Shown here: positions 58,985 through 64,000 of the stretch, one piece after another
How positions within the stretch are numbered: the first letter of the stretch is position 1
Layout of the letters: each line of letters begins with the position of its first letter
NCBI GenBank assembly: GCA_965228875.1
Contig: OZ245843.1
Location: 850,616 to 914,615, forward strand
Reading direction: 5' to 3'
DNA from: Thalassobaculaceae bacterium
GTDB lineage: Bacteria; Pseudomonadota; Alphaproteobacteria; Thalassobaculales; Thalassobaculaceae
DNA: 64,000 bases
Notes under the pieces: generated by a model
Database searches by the model: none
What the model was told of the DNA's origin: nothing
Seen by the model: the letters and a program-made list of their open reading frames with translations, nothing else
Translations under genes and position numbers: made by a program

Positions 58985-60624
58985 GACTCCACCGCCCGAC
59001 CCTTGAGCGCGAACAGGCCGCGCGGACGCTTCTGTATGAACAGGATGATGAACACCAGGACCAGGATCTTGCCGAGCACCGCGCCGGCATAGGGTTCCAG
59101 GAACTTGTTCAGAACGCCGAGGGAGAGGGCGCCGACCAGGGTGCCCCAGAGATTTCCGACCCCGCCGAACACCACCACCAGGAAGCTGTCGATGATGTAG
59201 GACTGGCCGAGGTTGGGGCTGACGTTGTCGATCTGGGACAGCGCGACGCCGGCCACCCCGGCGATGCCGGAGCCGAGGCCGAAGGTCAGCGCGTCGGTCC
59301 AGTTGGTCCGGATTCCCATGGAGCTGGCCATCCGCCGGTTCTGGGTGACGGCCCGCATCTGCAGGCCGAAGGTCGTGTGGCGCAGCACCAGAACCAGCAC
59401 GGCAAAGACGACGAGGGCGAAGACGATGATCCAAACCCGCCCGTAGGTCAGCGTCAGTCCGCCGAGCTCGAAGGCGCCGCTCATCCAGCTTGGCGCGCCG
59501 ACCTCCTGGTTGGTCGGGCCGAACAGGCTGCGCACCACCTGCTGCAGGATCAGCGACAGACCCCAGGTGGCCAGCAGTGTCTCGAGCGGCCGGCCGTAGA
59601 GGAAACGGATGATCCCACGCTCGATCGCCATGCCCACCAGGCCGGCGATCGCGAAGGCCAGCGGCAGGGCGATCAGCAGCGACGCGTCGAACAGGAAGGG
59701 CGCGTGGTTGCGGATGATCTCCTGCACCACGAAGGTGACGTAGGCGCCGATCATGACCATCTCGCCATGGGCCATGTTGATGACCCCCATCACCCCGAAG
59801 GTGATGGCCAGGCCGATGGCGGCGAGGAGCAGCACGGAGCCGAGCGACAGCCCGTACCAGACGTTCTGTGCGGCGGACCACATGGCGAGATCGCGCTCGA
59901 CGGTGCGCACGGCGTCGGCGATGGCAAGGCCCAGGGCGTCGCTGGCGCCGTCGCTCGCGGCGAGCAGAATGGCGCGAGCCTCCTGACTGCTGCGGGAGGC
60001 GACGGTCCCGACGGCGGCGATCTTGGCGTCGTCGTCGGCATCGCTGTTCAGGATGGCGGCGGCGCGGGCCCGCTCCATCACGGCGCGGACGTCGGCATCG
60101 CGTTCGGAAGCGATGGCGGCCGTCAGCGGCTCGATCGCATCGGGGTCCAGGCTCTTGAGCACGGATTCCGCGGCCGCCCGGCGCACCGCGGGATCGGGGC
60201 TGCGCAGTGTCAGGGTGCCGATTGCGGCGCGAACGGCACGACGCAGGCTGTTGTTCACGCGGACCTTGGTCACCTCACGCCGGCCGGCCTCTCCCGCGTC
60301 GGCGCCGGTCAGCGGGTCGGTGAGGACATATCCCCTGCCGCCGCGTTCGGCGATGAAGACCGCGTTGTCAGACCGTCGGTAGAAGAGCGCGCCGGCGCCA
60401 AGCGCCTCGAGCACAGGGGCGGCGGCGGGGTCGCCGGAGGCGCCGAGCGCCTCGACGACCGCGGCGGTCTCCTTGAAATCCGCGCCGGCGAGGCGGGAGA
60501 TCAGATCGGGGATGGTGGCGTCCTGGGCTTGTGCTGACCCGCCGATGGCGGCGGTCGCCAGCACAAGCACAAGCACGATCCGGGTCAGGATCAGACGGAG
60601 AGGGCGTGCCATCGCACGGAACAC
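58981..60624 (-). CDS. urtB: Urea ABC permease with long periplasmic N-terminal domain
   Basis: GLSLGSVLLLAAIGLAITFGVMGVINMAHGE, RPLETLLATWG, QKRPRGLF; start could be 60612. Confidence 0.92.
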   Translation of the reverse strand: MFRAMARPLRLILTRIVLVLVLATAAIGGSAQAQDATIPDLISRLAGADFKETAAVVEALGASGDPAAAPVLEALGAGALFYRRSDNAVFIAERGGRGYVLTDPLTGADAGEAGRREVTKVRVNNSLRRAVRAAIGTLTLRSPDPAVRRAAAESVLKSLDPDAIEPLTAAIASERDADVRAVMERARAAAILNSDADDDAKIAAVGTVASRSSQEARAILLAASDGASDALGLAIADAVRTVERDLAMWSAAQNVWYGLSLGSVLLLAAIGLAITFGVMGVINMAHGEMVMIGAYVTFVVQEIIRNHAPFLFDASLLIALPLAFAIAGLVGMAIERGIIRFLYGRPLETLLATWGLSLILQQVVRSLFGPTNQEVGAPSWMSGAFELGGLTLTYGRVWIIVFALVVFAVLVLVLRHTTFGLQMRAVTQNRRMASSMGIRTNWTDALTFGLGSGIAGVAGVALSQIDNVSPNLGQSYIIDSFLVVVFGGVGNLWGTLVGALSLGVLNKFLEPYAGAVLGKILVLVFIILFIQKRPRGLFALKGRAVES

Positions 60625-60654
60625 TCGCTTGGCTGCGTCGGGGAGGGCCGGTGC

Positions 60655-60681
60655 GGAGCTCCGCCGGTCGGGCGGAGCTCC
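60655..60681 (-). terminator. Intra-operon stem-loop after urtA
   Basis: GGAGCTCCGCC-N5-GGCGGAGCTCC. Confidence 0.55.
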
Positions 60682-60698
60682 ACGAGGTCAGAGCCGGA

Positions 60699-61988
60699 TC
60701 AGCTTCCCTTGCCGCCGCACTTGCCGGTGGCCGTGTTGAAGTTGCCGCAGTTCATCGGCTTGCGCCAATCGGCGATCAGGTCCTTGGAGTCCGGCAGGAA
60801 GTCGGACCAGGCATCGCCGACCACCAGACCCGGGGTCTCGAACACGGTCTCGAACTGACCGTCGTCCTGGATCTCGCCGATGAGCACCGGCTTGGTGATG
60901 TGGTGGTTCGGCATCATCGCCGAATAGCCGCCGGTGAGGTTCGGCACGGACACGCCGACGATGCTGTCGATGACCGCATCCGGATCGACGGTGCCGGCCT
61001 TCTCGACCGCCTTAACCCACATGTTGAAGCCGATGTAGTGGGCCTCCATCGGATCGTTGGTCACGCGGTCGGTGCTGCCGATGAACTCGTGCCAGGCCGC
61101 GATGAACGCGTCGTTCTCCGGGGTCGGCGCGGACATGAAGTAGTTCCAGGCGGCCAGGTGGCCGACCAGCGGGCCGGTGTCGATGCCGGCCAGCTCCTCC
61201 TCACCCACGGAGAAGGCGACGACCGGGATGTCCTCGGCCTTGATGCCCTGATTGGCCAGCTCCTTGTAGAACGGCACATTGGCGTCGCCGTTGATCGTCG
61301 AGACGACGGCGGTCTTCTTGCCGGCCGAGCCGAACGACTTGATGTCGGCCACGATCGTCTGCCAGTCGGAGTGACCGAACGGCGTGTAGTTGATCATGAT
61401 GTCCTCGGCCGCCACGCCGCTGTCGAGCAGGTAGGTCTCGAGGATCTTGTTGGTCGTGCGAGGGTAGACGTAGTCGGTGCCGGCCAGCACCCAACGCTCC
61501 ACACCCTCGACCTCGGCCAGGTAGTCGACGGCCGGGATCGCCTGCTGGTTCGGCGCCGCTCCGGTGTAGAACACGTTGCGCTGGCTTTCCTCGCCCTCGT
61601 ACTGGACCGGATAGAACAGCAGGCTGTTCAGCTCTTCGAACACCGGCAGCACGGACTTGCGCGACACCGAGGTCCAGCAGCCGAACACGGCGGCGACCTT
61701 CTCGCCGGTGATCAGCTCGCGCGCCTTCTCGGCGAACAGCGGCCAGTCGGAGGCCGGGTCGACCACGACCGCCTCCAGCTTCTTGCCGAGCAGGCCGCCC
61801 TTGGCGTTCTGCTGTTCAATCAGCATCAGCATCGCGTCCTTCAGCGTGGTCTCGCTGATCGCCATGGTGCCGGACAGCGAGTGCAGGATGCCGACCTTGA
61901 TCGTCTCCTGCGCCTGAACCGCGGTGGACAGCAGCAGACCGGCGGCCATGCCGATCGCCGATCCCCTCAGCATCTTTGTCATTTTCAT
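60699..61988 (-). CDS. urtA: Urea ABC substrate-binding protein
   Basis: IKVGILHSLSGTMAISE, FGCWTSVSRK, YPVQYEG, DYVYPRTTN. Confidence 0.95.
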   Translation of the reverse strand: MKMTKMLRGSAIGMAAGLLLSTAVQAQETIKVGILHSLSGTMAISETTLKDAMLMLIEQQNAKGGLLGKKLEAVVVDPASDWPLFAEKARELITGEKVAAVFGCWTSVSRKSVLPVFEELNSLLFYPVQYEGEESQRNVFYTGAAPNQQAIPAVDYLAEVEGVERWVLAGTDYVYPRTTNKILETYLLDSGVAAEDIMINYTPFGHSDWQTIVADIKSFGSAGKKTAVVSTINGDANVPFYKELANQGIKAEDIPVVAFSVGEEELAGIDTGPLVGHLAAWNYFMSAPTPENDAFIAAWHEFIGSTDRVTNDPMEAHYIGFNMWVKAVEKAGTVDPDAVIDSIVGVSVPNLTGGYSAMMPNHHITKPVLIGEIQDDGQFETVFETPGLVVGDAWSDFLPDSKDLIADWRKPMNCGNFNTATGKCGGKGS

Positions 61989-62039
61989 GAGTGAAGCCCC
62001 TCTATTGGCGGACACGTGCCCGCGACAACGGCGAGGAAG

Positions 62040-62055
62040 CGCAAGACATGTGCCA
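62040..62055 (-). promoter_or_regulatory. Sigma-54 promoter of urtA
   Basis: Minus strand TGGCAC-ATGTC-TTGCG, about 50 bp upstream of the urtA start. Confidence 0.78.
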
Positions 62056-62153
62056 CTGAGACGGGAACCGGAAAACCCGTGCGATTCAGGGGGGTTCTGG
62101 GGAGCGGGCGAGCGTGAGGCGCGTTCGATGTTATTGGAAATGATCGAATCTTT

Positions 62154-62187
62154 CGCACTGCAGCAGAGCGTGCCGAAATTTTGGGCA
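62154..62187. promoter_or_regulatory. Putative NtrC enhancer site(s)
   Basis: TGCCGAAATTTTGGGCA (62171-62187) and CGCACTGCAGCAGAGCG (62154-62170) resemble TGCAC-N7-GTGCA; 100-130 bp upstream of the -24 element. Confidence 0.55.
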
Positions 62188-62448
62188 TCCCTCGGCTCGC
62201 GGATGATCGCCGGCCGTCGGACCCGGCCATTCGGAGTCGGTGCTCATCCGGATACGGTCGTGAGGAAACAGGTATTGCCTTGTCTGTTCATGATTAAGTC
62301 GGAATTGGAATGAGTGCGCTGGCGTTCCGGGCACCAATTCCGCATCGGGAGAGAGGGCTGGCCTGTGTTTCGGCTGCTGCAAAGCCGCGGAGCCAGGATT
62401 TTTTAAAAGATTGTTTCTGGTAAACGAATTTTCATTATGAGTGAATAA

Positions 62449-62461
62449 AATCAATTAGTTG
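62449..62461 (+). promoter_or_regulatory. IHF-like site
   Basis: AATCAATTAGTTG matches WATCAANNNNTTR, with an AT-rich tract upstream. Confidence 0.5.
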
Positions 62462-62476
62462 AATGATCCTGGCCCG

Positions 62477-62491
62477 TTAACTCCCCGTTAT
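62477..62491 (+). promoter_or_regulatory. CtrA-like box upstream of the MCP
   Basis: TTAA-CTCCCCG-TTAT, one mismatch to TTAA-N7-TTAA. Confidence 0.5.
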
Positions 62492-62536
62492 CGAAACCCG
62501 CTCATGGTGCGCTCAGTTCATGGATTGGGGGTACAG

Positions 62537-64000
62537 ATGAAGTCTCTTTTCGGATTGCTGGCACGTGTCTCGGTCGCCGCAAAACTGACAGCCGTGGCGA
62601 TCGCCACCGCCGTGGCTGTCGTCAGCCTTTCGGGCATCGCGCTCTACTACAGCTACTATCAGCTCCGCAGCGACCGGATCGATGTCGCGAAGGCGGCGGT
62701 CGAGATGACCCTGTCGTTCGCGGAGGCGATGTATGCGCGGGCCGATGCCGGCGAGTTCAGCGAGGAAGAGGCCTTCGCCCGGGTGCGGGACTACGTCCAT
62801 GGGGCGCGCTTCAACGGCAGCGACTACGTGTTCGCATACAGCCTCGAAGGCGTAAACCGGATTCACCCGATCATTCGCGACATGGTCGGCAAGCCACGGA
62901 TCGACGCGACGGACAAGAAGGGCTTCCGCTACATGCGGGCGATGACCGAGGGGGTCAAGAAGAACGGCTCCACCATCGTCGAGTACCACTGGCCCAAGCC
63001 CGACACCACGGAGGTCGTCCAGAAGTTCAGCTACGCCGCAAGCTTCCCGCGGGAGAACATGTTCTTCGGCGCCGGCGTGTATGTGGACGACATCAACACG
63101 ATCTTCCTGGATCAGGCGATCGTCCTCGGATTGACCGGAGGCGTCATCCTGATCGTCGTGCTGGGGCTGACGACCCTTACCATCGTCGACCTGAGGAGAT
63201 CGATCCGCGGGCTCGGGACCTGGATGCACGCCCTTGCCGATGGCGAACTCGAACACGCGCCGACGGGCGCCGATCGCAAGGACGAGATCGGCGCGATGGC
63301 CCGGACGGTGGAGGTGTTCCGGCAGACCGCCGTGGAGAAGGTCGACAGGGCCCGCCAGGAAGAAATCGAACGTCAGGCCGAGCTTGAGCGGGCGAGGCAG
63401 ATGCTAGCACTCGCCGATGGCCTGGACTCCAAGATCGCCACGATCGCCGGTGAACTCGGTGAGAGTCTGCAGAACGTGACCGGCCGCATCACCACCCTGC
63501 GCGACGTCACCGATTCGGCGCGGTCCGTGAGCGAGGACGCGTCGGCGGCGACGCAGCAGACCACCGCCAACATGCAGTCGGTGGCGGCGGCTTCGGACGA
63601 GATGAGCGCGACGTCCTCGGAGATCAGCAGGCAGGTCACCCTGTCCACCGAGGTCGTGGGCGAGGCGGGCGATACGGCGTCGGCGGCCGCCGACCAGGTC
63701 GCGCGCCTGTCGGAGTCCGCTGACAAGATCGGTCAGGTCGTCGGTCTGATCACCGAGATCGCCGAACAGACCAACCTGCTCGCCCTGAACGCGACCATTG
63801 AAGCGGCCAGGGCCGGCGACGCCGGCAAGGGGTTCGCCGTCGTCGCGTCGGAGGTGAAGAGCCTGGCCACCCAGACGGCGAAGGCGACGGACGAGATCTC
63901 TGGACAGATCTCGGCGAACCAGTCCCTCATCCGGGAGACGGTGCAGGCGATCTCCCGCATCAACGAGATCATCGGCCGGGTCCGTGACGCTTCGACCTCC
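62537..64000 (+). CDS. Methyl-accepting chemotaxis protein (TM, single Cache, TM, HAMP, MA domain), truncated by the window edge
   Basis: ATG 62537 with no stop before 64000 (hence absent from the ORF track); [62 protein letters not shown]. Confidence 0.93.
   Translation, partial: MKSLFGLLARVSVAAKLTAVAIATAVAVVSLSGIALYYSYYQLRSDRIDVAKAAVEMTLSFAEAMYARADAGEFSEEEAFARVRDYVHGARFNGSDYVFAYSLEGVNRIHPIIRDMVGKPRIDATDKKGFRYMRAMTEGVKKNGSTIVEYHWPKPDTTEVVQKFSYAASFPRENMFFGAGVYVDDINTIFLDQAIVLGLTGGVILIVVLGLTTLTIVDLRRSIRGLGTWMHALADGELEHAPTGADRKDEIGAMARTVEVFRQTAVEKVDRARQEEIERQAELERARQMLALADGLDSKIATIAGELGESLQNVTGRITTLRDVTDSARSVSEDASAATQQTTANMQSVAAASDEMSATSSEISRQVTLSTEVVGEAGDTASAAADQVARLSESADKIGQVVGLITEIAEQTNLLALNATIEAARAGDAGKGFAVVASEVKSLATQTAKATDEISGQISANQSLIRETVQAISRINEIIGRVRDASTS

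Noticed and set aside
58985..59881. Apparent UrtB/UrtC fusion or extension (676-aa ORF)
   Set aside because: The upstream part is an off-frame read of urtB; urtC starts at 58984 after a GGAG RBS
62158..62175. Second sigma-54-like element (CGGCACGCTCTGCTGC, minus strand)
   Set aside because: GG-to-GC spacing is off by one, and it overlaps the NtrC-like sites

Overview
GC-rich alphaproteobacterial chromosomal window, probably a marine or halotolerant Rhodospirillales-like organism (inferred from gene order and content, not from a search). The left part (1 to about 16.5 kb) lies 3' of a tRNA-Gln(CTG) and is bordered by IS3-family remnants, so it looks like an old genomic island. It holds two modules. 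The first is a Zur-box-preceded zinc-uptake operon: a frameshifted, degenerate zur-like gene, an unannotated 43-aa membrane peptide, an ABC transporter, and a His/Glu-rich putative outer-membrane beta-barrel. The second is a LysR-linked atzF / peptide-type ABC / atzH-atzG fusion / atzE amide-catabolism cluster with no atzD or biuH in it. The right part is mostly core and metabolic: ppx-rlmE-guaB-rsmB-like, SDR/LysR, the NAGGN osmolyte operon, paaG-paaI-paaK, an M81 peptidase, MOSC, EEP plus PLD-VTT, GlxA/isochorismatase, a Ser/Thr proline-racemase-family enzyme, an orphan 53-aa acidic ORF behind a consensus sigma-54 promoter, esterase-opgC/opgH, creatininase plus RibD-like, a Liv-type ABC plus FAD oxidoreductase, choXWV, urtABCDE (sigma-54 and NtrC-like sites) and a truncated MCP (CtrA-like and IHF-like sites). 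No CRISPR array, rRNA or intact mobile element was seen. The best candidates for undescribed biology are the zinc porin/peptide operon, the AtzH-AtzG fusion cluster, the sigma-54 small protein and the opgC-esterase pair. All functional calls come from motif recognition by eye; no database search was run.
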